Source: Kudoa neothunni
Taxonomy: Eukaryota; Animalia; Cnidaria
Direction: 5' to 3'
Assembly (NCBI GenBank): GCA_964304625.1
Contig: OZ199838.1
Span: forward strand, 13,803,002 to 13,867,001
DNA length: 64,000 nt
In this document: positions 26,145 through 38,800 of the stretch, piece after piece
How the letters are laid out: every line of letters begins with the position of its first letter
Numbering within the stretch: position 1 is the first letter of the stretch
Notes under the pieces: generated by a model
What the model was told of the DNA's origin: nothing
Databases searched by the model: none
Seen by the model: only the letters and a program-made list of their open reading frames with translations
Position numbers and translations under genes: made by a program

Positions 26145-26406
26145 TAATACCATGTTAGTTTAAATAAAACGTTACAAATTTTTATCCTCAATTATGCATT
26201 AATTCTGAAAAAATTCACTAAGCATATTTTAAATTTCTCATGATTTTGATATAAACGGAATATTACATCTATAATTGATCAACAAAATTAATATAAATTT
26301 GTAGAAAATATTTGTAGGCCTTAATATAATAAAAAATGTTCCTTTAAATTAAATTCAAAATTTTATTTGTTTTTATATAATGGCCTACTATATTTTTTAT
26401 TTTATA

Positions 26407-27190
26407 CTAGCGGGAACTACCCAGCGTTGCTTGGGGAAGATTTCGCATAGATACGTTTCTTAATAATATTCAAAAAATATATCGAAGTTTCAAATTAACC
26501 CATACATGCAAAATAACTAAAAATTTTCAGATGACATACTTTGAACGATTTGGATTAACGAAATTTAAATTATGATCATTTCTGTGAAGGAAAGTATCAA
26601 TCCCTGGGTTCATTTAAATATTTCGTGACTCAGCACCAACGCTAAATAATTTAAGTTCAGAGTCAGTGTCGTATTTTTTTGCATTCCGAATTATTTAAAT
26701 CCCGTTAAAATGTTACCCTAAACGTTATTTTTGGTCTGGCTTAGAAAGTTCGTCCACCACTGTTTACGGAACAAATAAATAGAAAAAGATATAGAAATCG
26801 AAGAAAATTTACAATAATTAATTTTTAATGAACTATTTCTCATAAACAGTTTCAAATCGCGCCAATATCAACATAAATAATACAAATAGTAAGATGAAGC
26901 AAAAGTACAACCATCTGCATTGAATTTAATCACGAAAAGTTAAACTTAGCGGACGATTTCAATGGAATCTACGGACGTAGTATTTCCATTATAATGCTTC
27001 GATCAATGTAATTTTAACGTTTCCACCAATTTGTTATTCATGAAATATATACATATTTTTATCACATCGAAAACCATTAAAAGAACCTTCAAAATGTGTA
27101 TATCAAGTCAAATACGTTAAAACTCCACAAATAAGGAGTGTGTCCGCACGAACGCCTAAATTTACACATTAAATTTATATATAAGTTAGA
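26407..27190 (-). mobile_element. Non-autonomous Helitron
   Basis: On the minus strand starts TC(TAACTTATATATAAA) and ends CTAG, with subterminal hairpin cccagcgttgcttggg; inserted between A and T. Confidence 0.7.
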
Positions 27191-27267
27191 TGGAAGCAGT
27201 TAATCATCATTTGATAGAACATATAAAGGGGTAAATTAACTTCATCCGACCATCAGTAGGTCATAAG

Positions 27268-30200
27268 TAGGGGTTAAGACGGTTCGGTTTCGGTTATTTC
27301 TAAAACGGTTTTCGGTTTTTTAAATAATTTTTTCAATTATCATTGTAAATTTTTGTTCAAGCAAAAAAAATTTAAATATGTGATAGAATGGAATGAAAGC
27401 TTATTTTAGTTACTCTTTGTTTAAATATACTCTTTCAACCCAAATTTTGGATTATTTTAGAATAGAATTAATTTTGATGTAAACTTTTACTGTTATAATT
27501 AATTTTATTATTTAACATTTTTTGTCATTACCTTTAAAAACGATTATATATATTTTAAGCTAAAATTTTTTCAAACGCACTATAAAAAATTCTATAGTTC
27601 AAATTTCAATTTAGTTATTTCTATTTTCATAAATAAAAACAATTGTCTCAAGTTTCGAATCACTCAGTTTTGTTCTCAAGTGGGAAATAACACGGTTGCA
27701 TAGGGAAAAAACATCTTTCTGAGTCAATACTTGTAGGCCTTATATTAGCGAGAGTTTTACGAACCCTCTCTAAACGATCTGACATCACACCGTGATTAAT
27801 AAAATTGGTAATTTCGTCGGAATCCGAACAATATTTTGACTTTTTTGGCCTGGCCGCGTAATTTATCAAATCGTCTAAATCCATTTCAGCTTCCGAAGGT
27901 TCATGGTTGTGGATTTGATCATTCGGTTCAATGAAATTAATTGCTTCTTGTAACTCAAAATTTGATGGTCTTCTGTAGAATAAACTTTTTTCACAAATGT
28001 TTGAATCGAAGCTCAAAAACATAAATATGTCAGACCAAATGGTGCGTCGTTCAAAGCAGCGTTCGATAAATTTCATTTTTAAATTTTCTGAAATTGTTCC
28101 GTCAATAAGAGAGAGATCCTCAACTGTGTTAGTTAGTATAAAGTCACATTGTGCAAGATTTATTTGTGACTGAAAGTTTGAGAACGGCGCGATGCACAAT
28201 TTCCAGACATGATGTTAATTCCTTAACATTCAGTCATTTTTACAATATATTTATCGATAATTACATTGACCAAAATAATTTCATCTTTTTCGATCAGTAA
28301 ATTCTTTTCCAAAATCATGTAAGCGTCTTCAATGGCCTCGAACATCTTCACAAATTTGACTAACATATCGTAACAACTTGACCATCGTGTCACACAATCG
28401 ATATCCATTGATAGGTATTTAATGCCTTTTCTTTCACATGATTTTCTCAAGGCGTCCGAAGCCAATCCAGATCTTGAAAAGTAACTGACAACTGACCTCA
28501 CCCGAGATAAAATATCTAAGAAATTTGGCACAAGGACAAATTCTTGCTCATCAAACTCCAGCTCGTCAGTTATAGTTTCGATATTTTTTGGCTTCTGGCT
28601 ATTAGCTTCTTCATACATTGTGTCTTTTACAGCTATACGTTAATGTAGGTTTGTCAATTAATAATTCAATTACCTAAATTTATTCCATGTAGCATGCACT
28701 TTATCTGCTGAAAACCTAACTCAAAAGTGCATTTTGCCATGTTTGACGCTCCATCGGTACACATAAATAAGGACGTAACGCCAAATTTCGATAACTGGTT
28801 TTTGATTAAGGACGCCAATTCTACGCCTGTACATCTTTCGGTGACTCTAATAACCCCGAGCGAAATTTTTTTGTCTTCGAAATATGCTTGGATATTGAGA
28901 AATCGTTTTTTAGATCTTGACGTCCACTCATCAGAACAGAGCGCAGGTCTTGAATTGGCACCGGAAAAAATTTTTTTTATCTTGCTCACCATAGATGCTT
29001 CTACTTTTACGCAAGAATCGAAAATTTCATCATAGGATACTGGGATTTCTTTATTGTGAACTTTTTTCAACAATCGTCTTATGGTGGTACTTTTTGCAAT
29101 TTTGGCAATATCACTATCCAGGTTAAAATCCCAAAGACTTTTGCTCGCAAAACTTTCAATAACGGGTTGTGTTTGTATGCTTCTAAATTTCAATAGAAAA
29201 ATATCAGCGATTGCAACAACTTACTTTTTGAATCAATCCCATGTATTTTAGCGTGTGCATGCAATGTACTAGTCGAACTTTTTTTGCACATAAGTACTGC
29301 ATCAATAACATTTTTACATATTTTTAGTAATATTAAAGTATGTGGCACCTAAAAAACGTCCTCTTGCGCATGTTTTTCACGATTCTTGATAATAAGATGA
29401 AAGAATACGGAGATAAAAAATTCAGCTCAAAATAATGACTTTAAAATTATAAGAATTTTTCATCCAAACGCAGTCGGATACATGCGTAACCTCCATCTTC
29501 TTTCAACAAACATTGAATTGTTCTCTAACTCGTTTTGAAAATCAGTCATAAATTGGTTTCATTTCGTATTTTTTATCGTATAAAAGAAAATTTTTACGAT
29601 GTTAAATTTATCTATACATGTTTTTATTGGTTTTTAAATATGAATGGTTTTAAACAAGAACTTAACCACGTGCTCTCAATATGCATTTTCTTATAACTTG
29701 TGTTTTCTTTCACGCTCACTCAGACTTAGAATAAACACACACGCGGCTTGTTCAGGTCCGACAGTAAAACAATATAGAGCTTACTTAACAAGGTGATGAA
29801 GCAGCCGTTAATTTATATAATAGTTATAATCTCCAATAGAACTGATAAATTTTTTTTAAATAAATCAACACTATATTAAAGATAAGCATTTAATTTAAAA
29901 AGGTAAATATCTTGAGGTCGATTATATGATGTTATTACTTTATTAGAGGAAATTTTACGTGTGTGTTTAGTCTAACATTCAACAAATGTAAAAATGTTGT
30001 TATTGTACCTTCAAAGAATTTATATTTCTATAAATATATCAGTTTTAGTCAATTATGTGTGTACTGATATAAATAACTTTAGTTAACACATATACTTTTA
30101 TATCTCGTAATATTCTCAATTCGCATTTTTTTGAGAATTATTTGTTACCAAACTTTGACATATAAATAAACTTAATAAACAATAAAAATATCGCTTAGTA

Positions 30201-30919
30201 ATTTTTTTCCAATATTATACAAATACTGCAGGGTAAAACAAATTAATATCATCATTTTTAAAAATTAGGTTTCTGAATTTTAATAATAAAAATTGAATAA
30301 ATTCATAATTTCTCGAAAAAAATTAAATTTAAAAAATTATAAACTAAAACAAATTTTACTACATTGACATCGATATTTTAAAGTTCATAAAGTATTTTTA
30401 TCTTAGCGAAAAATGAGATGTTTTTGTGAAATTTGCAAATAGTTTATTTTCCAAGTTAGTTTATAAAATTGTTAGATATCCAAAGCGAAAAATCTAAATA
30501 GTAATAATAAATAACTTTTGATTTAATAACTAAGATGGAAACATAAAAATTCAATGTTAGATGAAAAAAAAGATGGAGATTACACGTGTAGCCGACCACA
30601 TTCGGATGAATAATTCTCAAAATTTTGAAGTTATTATTTTCAGCTAAATTTTTGTATTTCATATTCTTTTATTTTATTATCAAGAATCGTGAAAAAAGAA
30701 ATGCGAAAGAATATGTATAAGGAGACGCTTTTTAGGTTCCGCATACTTTACTATTACTAAAAATGTGATTGACTACTTATTTTAGTGATTCTTTGTTTAA
30801 AATTCAGCATTAACTGATAATAGAAGCTAAATTATAACAATTAAAAAATAGATTTTTAAAATCGGTTTTGGATTTTCGGTTTTCGGTTTTGCCAAAAACC
30901 GAACCGATCTTAACCCCTA
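27268..30919 (-). mobile_element. hAT transposon (TAGGG termini) with intron-containing transposase pseudogene
   Basis: TIRs TAGGGGTTAAGACGGTTCGGTTT / AAACCGAACCGATCTTAACCCCTA; perfect 8-bp TSD GTCATAAG. Motifs SDEWTS, TDGASNM, CMLHGINL, DCVTRWSS, PTSIDSERCF. Confidence 0.93.
29305..30770. mobile_element. Long-TIR (foldback-like) non-coding insertion in the hAT 5' region
   Basis: ~29310-29520 is a diverged inverted copy of ~30545-30770 (e.g. ttcacgattcttgataataa vs ttattatcaagaatcgtgaa). Confidence 0.7.
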
Positions 30920-31656
30920 GTCATAAGCAGGTGTTAATCCTATTGTTGTAACTGGGTAATCCGTTTAACAAACTTTAAATCGGCGAAATCACTATTTTCT
31001 AAACACTTTTAGGAATATTTGGTAGTTTGAAAACGATTTAAAGAGTTTGTTAAACATTGTGATTGTTGAAAAATTCCATAAACGTATCTCTATGGGGAAA
31101 AACTTTTGTCGCATACACACGGACAAACAAATGATTTTATCTATCCATATATATATTTTTTAATTTTGGAATTATTTATTTCCTATGGAAATTATAGATT
31201 ATTGTATTGCTTATCCTGATGATAATATTGATTTGTAATTCTTAGAATTCAATTATGGGAACATTTTCAATCAGCTTAATATTATATTATTAGTTCATGA
31301 ATATAACATCTCATTTCCTACATGATGATACTTATTATTTCCGAAAATTTTGTTCTGATATGTATATATTAAATGTCACTGACTAAATATTCAATGTTAC
31401 ATACATATCACCATTTGAATACGTAAAATTTGATGAGTGTAATGTACTAACTTAATCCTCGAATACCTGATCATGCCTATCGTGGCCGCCTTATAAATAA
31501 TAACGTTTAGATAGTTAAAATATTTAAAAAGTTTTTATGCCGTAAAATAAAAATTGTAAATATATTTTAAAGAAATGAATTTCTAACAATTCATTTATTG
31601 TGTCTATAACAACTTGATTCTGTTAACTAATTTAATCTGGAATGGGAATCGCGCGT

Positions 31657-33622
31657 GGTAATGGTGTACTTACCGGCTACCAAAATTCGGCATGATGTCG
31701 GGATTTTTTTCGGCCAATTTTTTCGTAGATTAAGTTCATTTACTCTAAAAAGTTGCAGCATACAGATATAAATCAATTTTTGTTGTTTCTAATGTTTCCT
31801 AAATTCGTTATCATAATCCTCTGTATGACATATTAATCTCCTTTATGGTACTACTTTAGGTATTGTTTTCTTGTTTTAACCAATTTAAATTAATGTTTTT
31901 GTGAAGTTATCCTCTTTAATTATTGAAAAATGATTTTTAAAATATGTGTAATCTACTTATTTGCCGATTTAATCAATTAAAAATTGAATCATTTTATTTT
32001 ATAATTTTTTTAGAGATAATTTTCTACCAAAAAGTAGCTAATATTTTATTATAACTAATAATTTAAAAATCTTGTGGCGATTTCTTTTTCTATCTACTCC
32101 AAATGTTTCTTGTTTATGCATAAAGTTAAAAATCATTTTAACAATAATATATCTTTTTCACAAAACGTTCAAAAATATACCTTAGACGTAACTAAATCAG
32201 TTAATACAGAGCTTATAGAATTGCATATTCTATTACAATATTTTTAAAGTTTAATGATTTGAATGTTGTTTATTCTTTTATAATTATATTTTAACACTTT
32301 CTTTATAAACATAGCATATTCATTTATAAGAGTCTTACTTGGTAAAGTTGATTTTACACGTCACATATAAAATCATTAATATCCCTATATATTTATTAAT
32401 AATATTCAAATGTGATTGTAACCTCGTTCTTGTAGTTTATTGTAAGCAGGCCATTCGTCGCTGTAAATAGTTGACCCTTTAAGGACCTCGTTCTCAATTA
32501 TTGGTATCAGAGTTTCATGGTTTCTTCTTTGAACATTGAAATACCTTACCTCTTTTAGAGTCCTTTTCCCATCAGGATCAACTGAGCACAAACAAAGACC
32601 AAAAACCCAGGGACCGTCCACCCTATTCCCATATTTTTCAGAATTCGAACATAGAGCTAATTTATAAAATTTACTATCGTATAATTAAATAACATATATA
32701 AATATATTGTCGGGCAATACTTACTTCCACTTCCATCCGTCTAGAAGACATAACAAATTAATTAAATTTTTTTTCTTATTACTGTCACTTCATTCTCAAG
32801 GATAAAAATTTCTTTTATAGAAGAATGTTTCCAAGAATCACCATTCAAGTAACGGCCACTGTTATTTTTTCTTTTGCCATATAATAGACTTTCATCAATT
32901 TCAATAATGTATCCTTCACCGCCGAATTTTTGTCGATTGAGGAAATGGTTTGTACAAATGGTTCGAATTTTAATAAAACAATTTATAATCGATTTTTTGG
33001 AGACAGAAACCATTGATGAGATTGATTCAATAGTATTATCTAAAGACCAATAGTACAAGATCTTTAATATATTCTTGGTAGATAATTTTTGTTTTACATC
33101 TGTCTTATTTAATGAAGAAATCAATTGGCTAATTTCCTCTCTTTCTTGTAGAGGTATACATTGTGTCGCAACCTCTACAGTTTCTACATTGTTTTCGAAA
33201 CCAAGAGATTAAATAGAATCTCATTATTATTTATAAGCAAAAAAACTCATCGTCTGATTTAATATCAACCATTGTCGCCTTATTTTCTGGAACGTGCGTG
33301 CTTAAGCTTAAGTGATAAAATACAAACTTAAATCACATATATGCGTAACTATATTAGATTATTATATTATTATGTTCTATATATCGCGATAAAATGTGAG
33401 AAAACATATAGTTTGAGGATCTTTTTATTTGGCGTCACGTGTTATGTTATGCTCAATTAATGGATTATGACAACGAATTTAGGGAACATTAGAAACAAAA
33501 AAATTGATTTATATTTGTATGCTGCTACTTTTTAGAGTGGATGAACTTGATCTACGAAAAAATCGGCCAAAAAAATCACGACATCATGCCAAATTTCGGT
33601 AGCCGGTAAGTACACCATTACC
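31657..33622 (-). mobile_element. Merlin (IS1595/ISXO2-like) transposon with long TIRs and intron-containing transposase
   Basis: ~160-bp TIRs starting GGTAATGGTGTACTTACCGGCTACC; perfect 8-bp TSD TCGCGCGT. Motifs IEIDES, GPWVFG, TLIPII, STIYSDEWPAY. Confidence 0.93.
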
Positions 33623-34103
33623 TCGCGCGTATTATAATAATTTTGTTAAATTACATATCATAAAAAAGTATTAGGTTAATTATAGTAGTTTAACTTTAAT
33701 TTAGATATTCGTATCGTAACTTAAAAGTTCAAAATCTAAAAATCCTTAGACTATATACATTTATTATTTTCGTCAACAGGGAAAGAGATTTCATAATAAA
33801 ATAATGAATTTTGATAATAAAACAAAGGCTCGGTTGTTAAATAATAATATTAATAAGTAAATTTGCAAAGTCAAATCAAAAATTAAGTTATATATTGCCT
33901 TTTTATTATATATATTTCAATTTCTAATCATATTACGAAATACACACTTAAACGTTAAAATGCAATTGCTTGTTTCCGCATGCGCAATGTAATTAAAATG
34001 TCATAATTCCAATATTTTTAGTTTATTTTCTAGTTTTACTTTAACAAAAATAATTACTACTAATCTTATGAAAAATCTTGTACGAAATAAATAGTTAATT
34101 TAT

Positions 34104-34900
34104 CTAGTTCATGCTCCATTTAAATGCACAATTAACTGCTGTAAGTGGTACTCCTGTATTGAAAATATCGACGTGATACTTAAAATAACACTCAATCAAA
34201 TATAGAATAATTGTTCGATTTAGCGTTGGTATGTCACAACCTATAATACGCTCACAAAGAGACAATCTCGATACACTGACAGGAGAAAATAATAACAATT
34301 TTAGTCACCATAGTGATCCTATCAATAAAGAAAGTGTGAAAAGAGACCCACAATATAAAGGGGATATTAGGAAACTCCTAGTGAATGTCACTTTTTCTCT
34401 GGGAGAATTCAAAATGAAATTTATTAAAAAAACTGAAATCCAACTAATTAGTTTAAAAAAAAATAATTAACAAAAATTAAAAATATCGAAAAGATTCAAT
34501 AGATAATCATGCTATTTTATAGTTCGACCTAAATTATTTTTCTAACAACATATTAACGAAAATAAATTTACCAAAACTAGTGTCATTTTCTCTCATTCCA
34601 ATTGTTAGATCTTTGTTCTAACTACTTTACGCGGTAATCCTAATGAGCATCTAGATTAATAAAAAACCTAATGAAATAGTTAAGTAACTATTTTTGATTA
34701 AAAACTTATATTCAAACAGGTGAATATCTATGTATTCTTTTATATTTTGATAAACGGAATAAAAAGAGTTGAAAAAATATACATATACAATGCAGCTACC
34801 ACATAAATCAATGTGATAAGGATCAAACCGATAATTCTTATAATTTAAGCACAAAAATGCATTATTTACGCAATAAGAAGTATTTTTTGGGGGAAAAATG
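34104..34900 (-). CDS. Possible small multi-exon gene of unknown function directly downstream of the carrier gene
   Basis: Exon-like segments bounded by AG/GT join in frame (KVTFTRSFLISPLYCGSLFTLSLLIGSL|CVSRLSLCERIIGCDIP...); start not resolved. Confidence 0.3.
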
Positions 34901-34956
34901 CCAAATTGAAAATAAAATTACATTCAAAAATAAACAAAAGAGCTCAATTAAAATAA

Positions 34957-36032
34957 TTAACCAAAAAGATCCTGATAGGAAGGCAACAAGGAACGAGTGT
35001 ATTCGACAACAAATAGCATAGTTGCATTCACGGGCACAGATCGAAGTAAACATGGTGTAAATCCCTTCCAGAAACGTCCATAGCCGCCTTCTGTTTTATA
35101 CAATTTCATTGCGCAATCAAGGGTGTGTTTGTATTGTCGTTTATTCTTACAGGTGGCATCAGCCATCATTGCAGATTTCACCACATCGATGTTGTAGACC
35201 AATGTCCAAAAGACAATACCAGCCACTCCTCCAGCAATAAGTAGTTTGTAGGAGGGCAATTTGTCGATTGATTCATCGGGGGATTTCAGCAATCGTTTCA
35301 TATATTCAAAAGTCAAGAAATAAGAACCATAACCGCATGAATTGCGCATGATGGTAGAAGTGAGTCCTTGGTAGGCGCCCATAGCACCATACTTCTTTAC
35401 AATGTATCTGGCGCAGTCAAACACATTCTTGTACTTATAATCGATGGGTTGACCGAGTTTTTGATGCATAATTTGGATTTGAAGTTTGGATTTGAACTAT
35501 AAGAATAATGACCAAAATCAGAGTAATCGGCATGTGAAATGAAGTACAAATCACATACCACATCTAACGGAGTGTCCACAAAAGCCGAAACCATTCCACA
35601 AATTCCTCCACCAATCAGATATTCATGTGGGTTTAGTTGAGTGATTTGTCGACCGCCGTTTTTTCTTAAATATTCTAACGTCTAACTCATTTAAGTGATG
35701 AAAAATTAAATTCAAATGGTAACTACTTCATAGTAGGAAGTGAAAAGTGCTGTTCGCATAAATATTTGACCAGCCAACGGCGAACCTACGCCTTTGTAGA
35801 ATCCACCGAATCCTTCCCATTGCAGTGTTTTCTTGAAACAGTCGGTCACATTATGATACACTGGGTTTGTAGGTGACTGAACTTGCAGGCGAACTTTTAA
35901 AGTGTCAAAAGGGTGGCCAATTATTGTGGCTGTAATTCCAGCAAATGTTCCAACCAAGATATTCTTACAGTTGTGAAACCATACTGGATCTTGGGAAGGT
36001 TTTGGTGTTATGATTAGTGATTTCTGGTCCAT
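34957..36032 (-). CDS. Mitochondrial carrier (SLC25), carnitine/acylcarnitine- or ornithine-carrier-like
   Basis: Three carrier repeats with P.D..K signatures (HPFDTLKVRLQ, TPLD, NIDVVKS); GFYKG, FWKGFTPCLLRSVPVNA; two short GT-AG introns. Confidence 0.93.
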
Positions 36033-37119
36033 TCTTATCGAATTAGTGCCCGTGTAAACAGATTTATATGTTATCTATTTGACAATGATAAAATTGAAGA
36101 GTACACTCAATTTAATTGTAAGAAATTCGGTTTAATATATGAATCGAGTCTCTGAATTAAAAAATTAACAAAATTCAAAATATGCGCGCAAGGTGCATAT
36201 TTGTAAAGCGTCTCTAATTAATATCCGCTCGACTACTCAATTCATAGATTGAATCACCTTAATTTTTTATTGAGGGAGTTATAGTAACTAAAATCCTCCC
36301 ATAGAGAAAATAATAACGATAGTGACCGCCGAAAATCTAATAAGCTTTGGAAAAATTATTTACTTTACTAAATATGTCACCTACCAACCAGTTTCAACGC
36401 AGCAACTATATCCTTATTATTTTAATCCGTTCTACTCGGGTCATGAGAATATAATCTTATAATTATTACACGAGATTGGTGAGATTATAAAAGCTTCCAT
36501 ATTTTAGATCCAATAAGTAATCGTTGAATTTCTGTTAATCACTTTAACGAAAAACATTTATCTTCCTTGGCGACGCCTTTTCTAATTGTATTTTTTGTAA
36601 AATTGATATTTTCGATTGCACGTGGCATTAATAGTTGACGATTAAAGTGACTAGCGTGCATTATTTTTTAATGACAACTTCAAATCCCTTGTCGAACTAG
36701 CCACAAAACACTTCTTGTTTCATCAATTTTTTATTTATTGTACAATTAAATCTACTCTATAATTTCTTTAGGCATATTAGATGGTAACTCCAACTTAATT
36801 GGATTTTATGCTAAACTCTAACACGCATTTCTAGCTAGAATTAACTTATATAAACATTTTTAGATGTTTGACATTGGAAATAATTACAGATGGATTCGTA
36901 AACATTTTTTATTTAATAAATATTTTTTGTAATCAATCGTAGATTATTAAAGTTTCTACGCGTGTCATTCACCACGTTCACGCTTTTTAGAAACTCTATA
37001 GATCACCCTTATCAACTAATGTCTGGTTAATTAAAAATAGATATTTAGATAAAATTTTTATAATGATTGTTTTATTATTGAAATCATGATGTTATTAGCT
37101 GACAAGTTAGTCATATTTA

Positions 37120-37544
37120 GGGTCTCATTTAGTATAGGCCCCCTAATCCAACAATGCTCAATGAGGATTATTCTGTTTACTTCACCGACATGTATGAGAT
37201 GTTAAGTGAAATTTTTACTTTAACATTTTCGAACAAATTTTGATTCGCTCCAGAGGAGAAAAGCAAATAAGGTTTTTGAGATCATTTTCGACGACAAGCA
37301 ATGAACAACGCTATAAATTTCGGAAACAACATGCTCCAGAATTACCGTTTTGTTTAATTTTATTTAAAATAAGTAAAAAATGATCTCTTTTCATTAGAAA
37401 ATGGCGTTAAACTTTCTTAAAGGATGAAATATATATTTTTCTGAAGACAGAGGAAGAAGCGCCACATTCTGTGGATTAACACACTGCGATTCTAATCCTT
37501 CAAATGTGGTGTTGGGTTGGGGGCCTGTACCTAAGTTCAGTCCC
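37120..37544. mobile_element. MITE with GGG termini and 7-8 bp TSD, possibly Merlin-derived
   Basis: TIRs gggtctcatttagtataggccccc / gggggcctgtacctaagttcagtccc; flanking direct repeat atattta. Confidence 0.65.
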
Positions 37545-37934
37545 ATATTTATAATCCAATAGTCTTCATTTTATGTTAAATACTAATCTTATAAGAAGAA
37601 CGTTTTAAGATATACGCCAATATCTGCTTCAAATCTAAAATGATTTATTCATTTAGAACCTTCAATTTTGAATGATGCACATTAAAAGTGTTAATAACGT
37701 TACTAATAAAAAAATAATCATGAAATGATTGCCAAATAATATAGTGTGATTAAAATCAATATTTATTTAATAACTTGTTGAATAATCCCCAAACGACGTG
37801 ATTAATCATTTCGAATGTTAACATGTATGGAGGTCATGTTAAAAGAAACCACAAGAGGCTCAAAATAGCGATAAATTTTTTTTCATCAAAACGGTGGTGA
37901 AGATGTTAATTGTTGAGGGGATTGAGAATTAACC

Positions 37935-38800
37935 CCTAATGGACTACCTTGGGCTCCGCGAGCCTAAGAACAATTCTCGACGTAAATTGGTTAAATATTG
38001 TTATTAGCGCGATTAACACTTAAACATTATTGCTTTGTAAGGCATAAAAATAAGACACATTTTCATTATCTAGAGTTGCAAAAAGTACAAGCAATGTTTT
38101 TTAAAGAACGTTCGGTACAGATGCTCTTATGACACTGGCAACAAACTTGTTTTCTCCTGCGTACGACATTGGATTGACAAAGATAACATCTCCTTTTATT
38201 TTCATGGTTGTCATCACTTTCTGACTAATGAATATCAAAATTATATCTTACGATGTCCATTGAATGCTTGGCGATCGGCTGGAAAGAAATATTAGGATTT
38301 TTAAATCTCCTATTCTGTTCATCTTTTATCAATGACAGAGCCAAATCAAGTAAAAAATTTTGACGACGATTAGATATATCTATGCCTCTATAGGTTGGAT
38401 CTTTTTGGACAAAAACCAAGTACGCAATAAAAGCCGCTACATCTATGATTTGAGAAAATACGGCATAAGGACAACGGTTACATTTTCTTTTGCACGAATA
38501 AGTAGCCACACATTGATCTAAAGTATCAACACCGCCTTCTCGCTTACTATAATCAATAATAGCATCAGGTTTGGCATGATACTCGCTATTTATGCTGGGA
38601 GTTCGATGTTCGGAAGAAAGAATCAAAACGGCTTTGTTTTTGGGGCAACATACAAAGTAAGGTGAAATCTTTGTAGAAACCAAAAAGATATGAGTAGATT
38701 TCTCTAGATTTGTGCGGCAAGAATTCTGGAGGTATAAACGTCCTGCATTTACGAAGCGTCCCAACTAATGACGTTTTTCTTTCTTTTAAATATTTTACTA
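37935..38800 (-). mobile_element. 3' portion of a piggyBac, related to 6843-10880, truncated by a MULE
   Basis: TTAA + CCCCTAATGGAC terminus; SLVGTLRKC, LILSSEH, IIDYSKREGGVDTLDQ, YSCKRK; Cys-rich tail remnant. Confidence 0.85.
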
